Shown one piece after another: positions 7,765 through 16,500 of a stretch of 27,885 nucleotides of DNA. Within the stretch, counting starts at the first letter, position 1. Each line of letters begins with the position of its first letter. Both the position numbers and the translations under genes were made by a program. Under the pieces are notes generated by a model, which saw nothing but the letters and a program-made list of their open reading frames with translations, had not been told where the DNA came from and did no database searches. Source of the DNA: Verrucomicrobiota bacterium (lineage in GTDB: Bacteria; Verrucomicrobiota; Kiritimatiellia; CAIQIC01; Lenti-01); contig DMJA01000066.1 of assembly GCA_003451935.1 (NCBI GenBank), positions 1 to 27,885 on the forward strand, in the 5' to 3' direction.

Positions 7765-8880
7765 CTACCCTCCAACGATCTCGCCCATCTTGAAAATGGG
7801 CAGGAACATGGCGATGACCACGCCCCCGATGATGATGCCCAGGAAGGCCATGATCAGCGGCTCCATCAGCGCCGTCAGGCCGCTCACGATGGTCTCGACC
7901 TCGTCCTCGTAGTAGTCGGCGATGCTGTCCATCATGTCGTCGATGCTGCCGGTCTTTTCGCCGGCCTGCAGCATGCGCACGAGGCCGATGGGATAGACCT
8001 GCTGGTTCATGAGGCCCGCCGACAGCGGATCGCCCTTTTCGACCGCGGTCGCCGCGTTCTCGACGATCCGGCCCGCCACGCGGTTGCCCGTGGAGCCGGA
8101 GACGATCTTCAGGGCGGTGAGGATGGGCACGCCGCTGCGCGTCATCTGGCTCAGCATCCGGGCAAAGCGCGCCGCCGCGTTGAAGCGGTTGAGTTTTCCG
8201 AACACGGGAAGCCGCAGCATCATCCCGTCCCACGCATAGGCGCCCTGCTCCGTTTTTTTCCACCGGCGGAGGGCATAGACAGCCCCCCCGATGACGGCGA
8301 TCAGGTAGAGGGCGTACTTGCGCATGAACCCGCTGAGGTCCAGGAGGAACTGGGTCGGCGCGGGCAGCGCCGCGTCGAAATCCTTGAACATGTCGCCGAA
8401 CACGGGCACCACGAAGGTGATCAGGCCGATCGAAATGATGATGCACATGCTCAGCACCACCGTCGGATACATCAACGCCGACTTGACCTTGCGCCGCAGC
8501 TTGGCGCTGGTCTCCAGGAACGTGGCCAGCCGCGCCATGGTTTCGGACAATTCGCCGCTGGTTTCGCCGCCGCCCACCATGTTGCAGTAGAGCGTGTCGA
8601 AGACTGAGGGAAATTGGCGCAGGGACTCGGACAAGGACATGCCGCCCTCGAGGCTTTCGCGGACCTGGTTGATCACCACCTTGAACGCCTTCTGGTCGGT
8701 CTGCTCCTCCATGGCTCGCAGGCAGGCCACGATCGGCATGCCGGCGCCCAGCATGGCGCCCACCTGCCGGGTAAACCCCGGCAGGTTCTGATCCACGATC
8801 TTGCCGGCGCCCGGCACCGGGATGCTTCTCTTCTTGCCGGGCTTGTCCGAAGCCGGCGGTTCCGTGCGGGAGAGGACCAT
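7765..8880 (-). CDS. pilC: PilC/GspF inner-membrane platform protein (371 aa)
   Basis: Two T2SSF repeats ('FTRQVGAMLGAGMPIV...GGETSGELSETMARLA' and 'FARMLSQMTRSGVPIL...GEKTGSIDDMMDSIADYYE'). TMs 'YPTVVL...' and 'EPLIMAFLGIIIGGVVIAMFLPIF'. Confidence 0.95.
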   Translation of the reverse strand: MVLSRTEPPASDKPGKKRSIPVPGAGKIVDQNLPGFTRQVGAMLGAGMPIVACLRAMEEQTDQKAFKVVINQVRESLEGGMSLSESLRQFPSVFDTLYCNMVGGGETSGELSETMARLATFLETSAKLRRKVKSALMYPTVVLSMCIIISIGLITFVVPVFGDMFKDFDAALPAPTQFLLDLSGFMRKYALYLIAVIGGAVYALRRWKKTEQGAYAWDGMMLRLPVFGKLNRFNAAARFARMLSQMTRSGVPILTALKIVSGSTGNRVAGRIVENAATAVEKGDPLSAGLMNQQVYPIGLVRMLQAGEKTGSIDDMMDSIADYYEDEVETIVSGLTALMEPLIMAFLGIIIGGVVIAMFLPIFKMGEIVGG

Positions 8881-8881
8881 G

Positions 8882-10609
8882 TTACTCGCCTCCGGTTACT
8901 TCCAGCGCGGCTTCCAGCGTGGTCAGGCCTTCCTTGACCCGCGCAAAGCCCGCCTGTTTCAATGAAACCATGCCGTTTTTCTCCCCCAGCGCATGCAATT
9001 CCGAACTGTTCAGCCCCTTCATGATGCCCTGCCGGATCGCATCGTTGATGAGAAACACTTCCATGATGGCGCCGCGGCCCTTGTAGCCTTTGTTGCAGCG
9101 CGGGCAACCGACGGCCTTGTACACCGTCGCGCCATCGAGCTCGTGCGGATCGATGTGGTTGTTTTTCAGGATCTCCGGATCGATCTCCGTCGGCCGCTTG
9201 CAGGCGCTGCACAATTTCCGGTAGAGGCGCTGGGCCTGGGCCAGGATCAGCGAGGACCCCAACATGAAGGGCTCCACCCCCATGTCGATGAGGCGCGTCA
9301 CCGCGCCGGGCGCGTCGTTCGTGTGCAGCGTGCTCAGCACCAGATGGCCCGTCAGCGCCGCGCGCAGGGCGATTTGCGCCGTCTCCGCATCGCGGATTTC
9401 GCCCACGAGGACGATGTCGGGATCCTGGCGGAGCACGGAGCGCAGGGCCGCGGCGAAGGTCAGGCCCACCTTGGCATTGACCTGGACCTGGTTGATGCCG
9501 GCCAGTTGGTATTCCACCGGATCCTCGCACGTGATGATGTTGACATCTTCCGTGTTCAGCTCCTGCAGGCAGGAATACAGCGTGGTGGTCTTGCCGCTGC
9601 CCGTCGGGCCGGTCACCAGGATGATTCCGTGCGGCTGGCTGATGCCGTAGCGCATGGCGTTCTCCGCGACCGGATCGAGGCCCAGCGCCCCGAGGCTGGG
9701 GGCCAGGCTGCTCTTGTCCAGCGTGCGCATCACCACCTTCTCCCCGAAGACGGTGGGCAGGATGCTCACGCGCAAATCGACTTCCTTGCCGAGGGCCTTG
9801 ATGTTGAACCGGCCGTCCTGGGGCACGCGATGCTCGGCGATATTGAGGTCCGACAGGATCTTGATGCGGGACAGCACCGCGTTCTGCAGGCCCTTGGGCG
9901 GGCCCGGTTTCTCGACCAGGTCCCCGTCGATGCGGTACCGCAGGCGCACCTTCTTTTCCATCGGCTCGATGTGGATGTCGCTGGCCCCCGTGCGCAGCGC
10001 CTCCACCAGAATCATGTTGACCATGCGGATCACCGGCGCGCCCTCGGCACTCGCCAGCATTTCGTCCAGGCTCTGCTCTTCCTCGCCGCCCTCGACGACC
10101 TGGACCTCCCCCTCCTCCTTCATGAGGGCATCGAGGTCCAATCCCTTGGTCCCGTCCGAGGCCAGCCGCTCCAGGATCGCCTGGATGTCCGGCGCCGGCG
10201 CCGCCAGCGGAACAATTCTCAATCCGGTGGAGGCCGTGAGTTCGTCGATGGCGGCCAGGTCGAAGGGATCGCCCAGGGCGACCGTGAGGGTGCGGCCCAG
10301 GCGCGCCACGGGCACCACCTTGTGGCGCTGCATCATGTCCTGCGGCACCACGTCCATCAACTCCTTGCCCACGGAGAAATGGGCCAGGCCGATCGGTGGC
10401 ATCCGCAGATACTCGGCCAGCGCCAGGGTCATCTCCACCGGCGCCACGCGATGCTTGCCCGTCAGGTATTTCTCCAGCCGGACCCCCGTCTTCAAGGCTT
10501 CTCGCTCGGCCTCGGCCAGGAGATCCGGAGTGATTGAGCCGCGCCGGAGCAGGATCTCCTTGATCTGCCCCGAATGCGTGGCTCCCGGATGTTGGTCGGT
10601 TTCGGACAT
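8882..10609 (-). CDS. pilB: PilB/GspE extension ATPase (575 aa)
   Basis: 'ASDIHIEP', Walker A GPTGSGKTT, 'EDPVEY', Walker B 'LRQDPDIVLVGEIRD', His box 'HLVLSTLHTND', tetracysteine 'CSAC...CPRC', and an N-terminal T2SSE_N domain. Confidence 0.96.
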   Translation of the reverse strand: MSETDQHPGATHSGQIKEILLRRGSITPDLLAEAEREALKTGVRLEKYLTGKHRVAPVEMTLALAEYLRMPPIGLAHFSVGKELMDVVPQDMMQRHKVVPVARLGRTLTVALGDPFDLAAIDELTASTGLRIVPLAAPAPDIQAILERLASDGTKGLDLDALMKEEGEVQVVEGGEEEQSLDEMLASAEGAPVIRMVNMILVEALRTGASDIHIEPMEKKVRLRYRIDGDLVEKPGPPKGLQNAVLSRIKILSDLNIAEHRVPQDGRFNIKALGKEVDLRVSILPTVFGEKVVMRTLDKSSLAPSLGALGLDPVAENAMRYGISQPHGIILVTGPTGSGKTTTLYSCLQELNTEDVNIITCEDPVEYQLAGINQVQVNAKVGLTFAAALRSVLRQDPDIVLVGEIRDAETAQIALRAALTGHLVLSTLHTNDAPGAVTRLIDMGVEPFMLGSSLILAQAQRLYRKLCSACKRPTEIDPEILKNNHIDPHELDGATVYKAVGCPRCNKGYKGRGAIMEVFLINDAIRQGIMKGLNSSELHALGEKNGMVSLKQAGFARVKEGLTTLEAALEVTGGE

Positions 10610-10644
10610 GTGTTGCGTGGGTTGAATTCGATTACCAGCTCCAC

Positions 10645-10672
10645 ACTATAGCCGCTTGCCAGAAATGTTCAA
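10645..10672 (-). promoter_or_regulatory. Candidate sigma70 promoter of pilB
   Basis: Minus strand TTGAAC-N16-TATAGT, 35 nt upstream of the pilB ATG. Confidence 0.5.
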
Positions 10673-10684
10673 TTCAGATATCGT
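10656..10684 (+). promoter_or_regulatory. Candidate sigma70 promoter of the divergent 10709 gene
   Basis: TTGCCA-N17-TATCGT, ending 24 nt upstream of ATG 10709. Confidence 0.5.
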
Positions 10685-10708
10685 GAAATCAAATAAAGGT
10701 TTAAATCC

Positions 10709-11581
10709 ATGGCCGACAAGCGACAATTCGTCCGCAGCGAATCCAAGACCGAAGACGAGCGCGGCGCCCTCAAGACCTTTGAACAGATCCTGGAGGTCAT
10801 GCCGGACGACCGGAGCACGCTGGAGGCGGCCATCCTCGCCGCCCAGGCCTGCGGCGAAGCGGAGATCGCCCGGACCCACCGCCTCCACCTGGCCGACATC
10901 CTGCGCATGGCGGACGACGCGGACGCCCTCCAAAAGCATCTGGAGGCTTTGCGCAACGACCCCGACCCCCGCGCGCAGGAATGGATCGCCGCCTTCGATG
11001 CGGGCTTCAGCGTCGATGTATCCCCCGCGGAGGATTTGGCCAGCCTGGTGGAACCACCCCAGCGGCGCGGCCCCCCCCCCTCCTCCGAATTCAACATCTC
11101 CGAAGAAATCGATCTGGCGTGGCGGCTCTTCGAACACCAGGAGATCGACCAAGAGGAGTATGCGGCGCTGGTCCGGGACCTGACCGAGATGTCCGCCTCC
11201 CCCAACCGGGGCACGGTCTCCGTGCTGCATGCGCTGGAAGCCAGCCACCACCAGAACCTGGATCGCTGTCTCGCGTTTCTTGCGCAGGGCTCCGAAGGCA
11301 CCCCCGTGCCGTACATTTCGCTGTCGGGCTTCACCATGCGGCCCGAGCTGGCGAAGATCCTGCCCGATGCGTTCATGGCCAACCGCGGGGCCATCGTCTT
11401 CGAGGTGATGGGCCATGAATGGCTGGTCGCCGTTCTCAATCCGTTCAGCCTGTCGCTGCGGGCCGACATCCAAAACCTGTGCGGATTCCCCTGCCACTTC
11501 TATCTGGCCCGGGCCTCCGACTTCGACCAGGCCCTGGCCCGCCTCCGGAAAACCGCCAGCGACTCGGACGCCCAATCCTGA
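10709..11581 (+). CDS. Uncharacterised protein: TPR-like helical N-terminus plus a C-terminal PilB/GspE N-terminal (T2SSE_N)-like domain (290 aa)
   Basis: C-terminal 'VPYISLSGFTMRPELAKILPDAFMANRGAIVFEVMGHEWLVAVLNPFSLSLRADIQNLCG...DFDQALARL' aligns by eye with PilB 'MPPIGLAHFSVGKELMDVVPQDMMQRHKVVPVARLGRTLTVALGDPFDLAAIDELTASTG...DIQAILERL'. No Walker motifs. Confidence 0.7.
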   Translation: MADKRQFVRSESKTEDERGALKTFEQILEVMPDDRSTLEAAILAAQACGEAEIARTHRLHLADILRMADDADALQKHLEALRNDPDPRAQEWIAAFDAGFSVDVSPAEDLASLVEPPQRRGPPPSSEFNISEEIDLAWRLFEHQEIDQEEYAALVRDLTEMSASPNRGTVSVLHALEASHHQNLDRCLAFLAQGSEGTPVPYISLSGFTMRPELAKILPDAFMANRGAIVFEVMGHEWLVAVLNPFSLSLRADIQNLCGFPCHFYLARASDFDQALARLRKTASDSDAQS

Positions 11582-11599
11582 CCGGCGCGGCGTTCCGCC

Positions 11600-13372
11600 C
11601 TATGGCTTGGCGGACAGCCGCCGCCAAACATCCGGCTCCTTGCGCTCCAAGGCGATCACCCAGTGGGAACGATCCCGGTTGGGCGGCAGGCGGATTGTAT
11701 ACTGCTGAACGAAACCATCCGGCTGGATGACCACCATGATGCTTTGGTTCGGCTCGGCCGTGTCCAGCACCAGGTAGAAATCGGGCGTCACCCCCATCCC
11801 CATGAAGTTCACGGAAACAAAGCCATCCATATTGACGCGGGCGGAGAACGGCATGGGCAGCGCAATCGTTTGCCCGCCGATCGGGGTGAAGCGGGCCTCC
11901 AGCAGATCGCCATGGATGATTTGCCGCTTCACCAAGCCCGTCTTCACGACCTGCCCGGACTCCTTGACCACCGTGAACCCGCTGGACGACCAGATGAGCT
12001 CCCCCTCCTGGAATCCAATCAGGTAGGGCGCCACAATCATGAACTGGATCTGCTGGATTGGATCCTCGACCGGCTTGTGGTTGCGCACCAGATCGGCTTC
12101 CGCATCGATTGCGACGAGGCAATACTTCTTGGCGAACATGCGGAACGAGGCGGAGTCCTCCTTCCGATCGGAGTCATAGCCGGCCAGCTTCAAGACCTTG
12201 GCCAGATATCCGGGGCACTGGTCGGGGATCATCTCCACGGGGGTGGACTGGTCTTCGAACCGGATGTCCCCGATGGTTCCACCCGGCGGACGAAAATCCG
12301 TGCCGGCTTTCAGCTCCAGCGCCATCAAACGCCCCTCCTGGTCGTCCGTGACCAGCAGGCGGCGGTGCGCGGCGTCCCATTGGACCGACTCGATCGTGCC
12401 CGGGTGGTCGTACAGCAATTGCATCGTGTCGGTGGTCGGATCCAGCCGGTAGATTTTTCCGGACTCCTCGGCCACCAGGGCCGACCCGTTGGGCAGGGCG
12501 CACAACCCTTCGGGCGAGTGCAGCGACTGGCGGGCATGGAAGGTGCGCAACTGACGGGTCCGCAGGTCCAGGCAACCGACGTCCCCTGAAATTTCGCAGG
12601 CGAAAAAAGCATACGTGCCGTCGGGGGAGAAGCATGCCGCGGAATAACTGGCCATCGCGTCGTTTTGCGGCATCCACCATCCGCCCTGGGCATCCCGGTA
12701 CAGGATCGCCCCCCGGAACAGGCCGAACAATCCCTCTTTTTCGCGTTCGCTGATAAACGCTTCCATGGTGGACCCGGCGACCAGCAGTTCTCCCGATGGG
12801 CCAACCGCCACGGACTCCCACGCATAGCGGCTGTTCTCGAGGGGAATGGGCACCACCATCCCGTAGGGGCGCGATTGCTCCTTGAGGTTGAACGAAATCA
12901 AGCGGCCCCCGGGAACATCCTCGACGACATAGAGCATCCCCTTCCCGTCCAGCGCCAACCCCTCCGGCGACCGCAACCCCGGGGCTTTTTTCCGGATGGT
13001 CGGCCCCTCTTCATACAGCGGGGTCGAACCGTCGAACAATACCTGCCGGGAGCCATTGGGCTTGATGCGGACAATGGCCGTCGCGTTTTCCTCCGACACG
13101 TAGATATCCCCGGATTCCAGATCGCGGGCAATTCCATCCGGGCCGCGGAGGTCTTTGGCCACGGTGGAAACCTTCCCGAAAAGATCCAAGGGCTCCGCAT
13201 CGGCCCTGGCCGGATGCGGAGAGATCTGGGGCAGGACCTGGTTATCGGGAAAGGCAAGCCTTCCGGCATCGGTGTCGGCATGCCCGCCCGCAGCGGGCCA
13301 GACGGCCGCCACCACCAACAGGACCTTCATTGAACGACGGGAAGCAACCGCGCGGATGACCATCCAATCCAT
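11600..13372 (-). CDS. Secreted SMP-30/NHL-like beta-propeller protein with an unknown C-terminal domain (up to 590 aa)
   Basis: Signal-like 'MKVLLVVAAVWPAAGGHA' (alternative start 13330). Blade motifs 'GPDGIA..DIYVSEE', 'SPEGLALDGKGMLYVVED', 'WESVAVGPSGELLV', 'SPEGLCALPNGSALVAEE', 'IESVQWD..RLLVTDD'. Confidence 0.7.
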   Translation of the reverse strand: MDWMVIRAVASRRSMKVLLVVAAVWPAAGGHADTDAGRLAFPDNQVLPQISPHPARADAEPLDLFGKVSTVAKDLRGPDGIARDLESGDIYVSEENATAIVRIKPNGSRQVLFDGSTPLYEEGPTIRKKAPGLRSPEGLALDGKGMLYVVEDVPGGRLISFNLKEQSRPYGMVVPIPLENSRYAWESVAVGPSGELLVAGSTMEAFISEREKEGLFGLFRGAILYRDAQGGWWMPQNDAMASYSAACFSPDGTYAFFACEISGDVGCLDLRTRQLRTFHARQSLHSPEGLCALPNGSALVAEESGKIYRLDPTTDTMQLLYDHPGTIESVQWDAAHRRLLVTDDQEGRLMALELKAGTDFRPPGGTIGDIRFEDQSTPVEMIPDQCPGYLAKVLKLAGYDSDRKEDSASFRMFAKKYCLVAIDAEADLVRNHKPVEDPIQQIQFMIVAPYLIGFQEGELIWSSSGFTVVKESGQVVKTGLVKRQIIHGDLLEARFTPIGGQTIALPMPFSARVNMDGFVSVNFMGMGVTPDFYLVLDTAEPNQSIMVVIQPDGFVQQYTIRLPPNRDRSHWVIALERKEPDVWRRLSAKP

Positions 13373-13381
13373 AGCGCCGGC

Positions 13382-13410
13382 ATGCTACGTCCCGAGCTAG
13401 AATATGTCAA
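13382..13410 (-). promoter_or_regulatory. Near-consensus sigma70 promoter of the beta-propeller gene
   Basis: Minus strand TTGACA-N17-TAGCAT. The predicted +1 is only a few nt before ATG 13372, so the mRNA may be nearly leaderless. Confidence 0.65.
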
Positions 13411-13504
13411 TTGGCAGCCCCCCCCCAGGTTGCCCTTGTGGTTGTCCATTTCTTGGGGCATATTCCGGTCCATGGACGGGTTCTTCCAGAATGGAGGAAT
13501 GGGC

Positions 13505-16500
13505 ATGGGAAAGATCGGGCGGACCGGCATGCTTCTCTTGTGGGTGTTGCTTCTTCCGGCGCCCGTCCTAGCTGGCGATTACACCTACACCACGAATTCC
13601 TCCAACCCCGATACCATCACCCTCACGGGATACAACGGGCCGAGTGGCGTGGTGGACATTCCTTCCAGTTTGGATGGCAAGACCGTCACCGCGATCGGGA
13701 ACAATGCCTTCCGCGGCAATACCGGACTAACGGGCGTCCACATCCCCGCCACCGTCGACTCCATCGGAAGCTATGCCTTCCAGACCTGTACCAGCCTGAC
13801 GAACATCTACCTTCCCGATGGCGTCGCTTCCATCGGAAACTATGCCTTCCACGATTGCTCGAACTTGCGGAACGTCCTCATCCCCGGCAGTGTCGCTTCC
13901 ATCGGAACCGGTGCATTCCAAGGATGCTCTGGACTGACGGGCGTCGCCATCGGCAACGGCGTGGCCACACTTGGAAGCTATGCGTTCTATGGATGCACCC
14001 GGCTCTCCAACGTCATCCTTCCCGACAGTGTCACCTCGATCCAAGATCGCGCTTTCGACGCCTGTACCGGCCTGGCATCCATCTCCATCACGGAGGGAAA
14101 CCCCACCTATTCCAGCCGGGACGGAATCCTGTTCAACAAAACGCAGACCGCGCTCATCCAACATCCCGGAGGCCGGGGCGGTGTCTTTGCCGTTCCCGAT
14201 GGCATCACCTCGATCGGGAACTATGCATTCTGCGGCCGCACCGGCCTGGCCACCATCAGCCTCCCCCCCACCCTCGTCGCCATCGGCAACTATGCGTTTC
14301 AAGGGTGCACCGGACTGACAAGTCTTGACCTCCCCGACGCCGTCGCCACGATCGGAAGCTATGCGTTCTCCGGATGCACCAGCCTGCGAAGCATCAATAT
14401 CCCGGGCGCCCTCTCTACAATTGCCGCCAGCACATTTCAAGGTTGTTCCGGCCTGACGGGCATCCAGATCCATGATGGCGTTGTCGCCATCGGAAACAGC
14501 GCGTTCCAAGGATGCTCCGGTCTGGCGGATGTCGCCATCGGCAGCGGCGTGGCCACGATCGGGAGCCAGGCGTTCTACGGTTGCACACGGCTCGCGGACA
14601 TCGCCATCCCCGACGCCGTCGCCACAATCCAGGATCGCGCCTTCGACGGTTGCACCCGCCTGGCCTCCATTTCTGTCGCGGAGGGCAACCTCGCCTATTC
14701 CAGCCGGGACGGCGTGCTCTTCAATAAATCCCAAACCGCTTTCATTCAGCACCCGGGAGGCCAGCAAGGGGCCTACGCCATCCCCGCCGGAGTTGCCTCG
14801 ATTGGAAACTATGCCTTCTGCGCACGTACCGGCCTGACGCACATCGACATCCCGTCCACGGTCGTTTCGGTCGGGGCCTATGCATTCCAAGGATGCACCG
14901 GGCTGACGAGCGTCCAGATTCCCGATGGCGTTGCCTCGATCGGCAACTATGCGTTTCATGGCTGCACAAGCCTGAGAGACATCAACATCCCCGCCAGCCT
15001 CTCTGCCATCGCCGCCGGGACGTTTCAGGGCTGCGCCGGCTTGACAAGCGTGGCGATTCCCGATGGCGTCGCTTCGATCGGAACCTATGCGTTCTATGGG
15101 TGCTCCGGCCTTGCCGGCATCGACATCCCCGCCAGCGTCTCCACAGTCCAGGAGCGTGCGTTCGATGGATGCTCCCGCCTGGCCGCCATCTCCGTCGACG
15201 AAGGCAACGACGCCTATTCCAGCCAGGACGGCGTCCTGTTCAACAAGGATCAAACCGTGCTCATCCAGCATCCCGGCGGCCAAGGCGGGGCCTACAGCGT
15301 TCCCGACGGTGTCACCTCCATCGGAAACTATGCGTTTTGTCTCCGCCCCGGCCTGACGAGTGTGGGACTCCCCGGCACCCTCGCTTCGATTGGAAACTAC
15401 GCATTCCAGGGATGCACCGGGCTGACGCATATCGGCATCCCCGACAGCACCGCCGCCATCGGCATCGGTTCGTTTCTGGGCTGTTCCGCCCTGAAGAATG
15501 TCACGATGGGCAACGGCGTCGCCACGATTGGGAGCAGCGCGTTTCAAGGGTGTATCGGCTTGACGGACATCACCGTCGGCAATGACATCGCCACAATCGG
15601 CAGTTACGCCTTCTTCGGCTGTTCCAGCCTGGAGACCCTGACCATCCCCGACAGCGTCGCCACGATTCAGGATCGCGCGTTCGACGGGTGCTCCAGTTTG
15701 ACCTCCATTTCCGTGGCGGAGGGCAACACCGCCTATTCCAGCCGGGATGGCGTCCTCTTCAACAAGACGCAGACCACGCTCCTCCAACATCCCGGCGGAC
15801 AGGGCGGGGCCTATGCCGTTCCCGACGGTGTCACCTCGATCGGAATCTATGCGTTCAACGGCCGTACCGGCTTGGCCGGCATCAACCTCCCCTCCACTCT
15901 CATCTCCATCGGCAACTATGCGTTCCAAGGGTGCACTGGGCTGACCAGCATCGGCATCCCCGACAGTGTCGTTTCGCTCGGAAGCTGCGCACTCCAAGGA
16001 TGCACTGGACTGACCAACGCCTTGATAGGCAATGGGGTTTCCGCGATTGGCGGCCTTGCGTTCTACGGATGCTCCAGCCTGGCCTATATCGATCTCCCCG
16101 ACAGCGTCGCCACGATTCAGGACCGGGCGTTCGATGGGTGCTCCAGTTTGGCCGCCATTTCCGTCGCGTCGGGCAACTCCGCCTATTCCAGCCGGGACGG
16201 CGTCCTGTTCAACAAAGATCAAACCAAGCTCATCCAACATCCCGGAGGTTTGGGCGGACCGTATGCCGTCCCCAATGGCGTCGCCGCGATTGGGGACTAT
16301 GCGTTCAACGGCCGCACCGGCCTGACGAGCGTTGTCCTCCCCGATGGCGTCACCTCCATCGGCAGCTATGCGTTCCAAGGCGGCACCGGCCTGGAGGAAA
16401 TCATCCTCCCTGGCAGCGTCGCCTCGATTGGAAGCGGGGCCTTTCTGGGCTGTACCAGCCTGGGACGCGTTCATATTCCTGACGGCGTCACTTCAATCGG

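Noticed and set aside
193-10537. Long plus-strand ORFs (193-2052, 6388-8607, 8993-10537 and others)
   Set aside because: They are antisense shadows of well-supported minus-strand pil genes in high-GC DNA and have no recognisable motifs.
11600-13372. PilY1 tip adhesin call for the beta-propeller protein
   Set aside because: The blade motifs are SMP-30/NHL-like (PEGL/PDGI), the propeller is N-terminal, and no vWA or PilY1 calcium-loop motif was seen.
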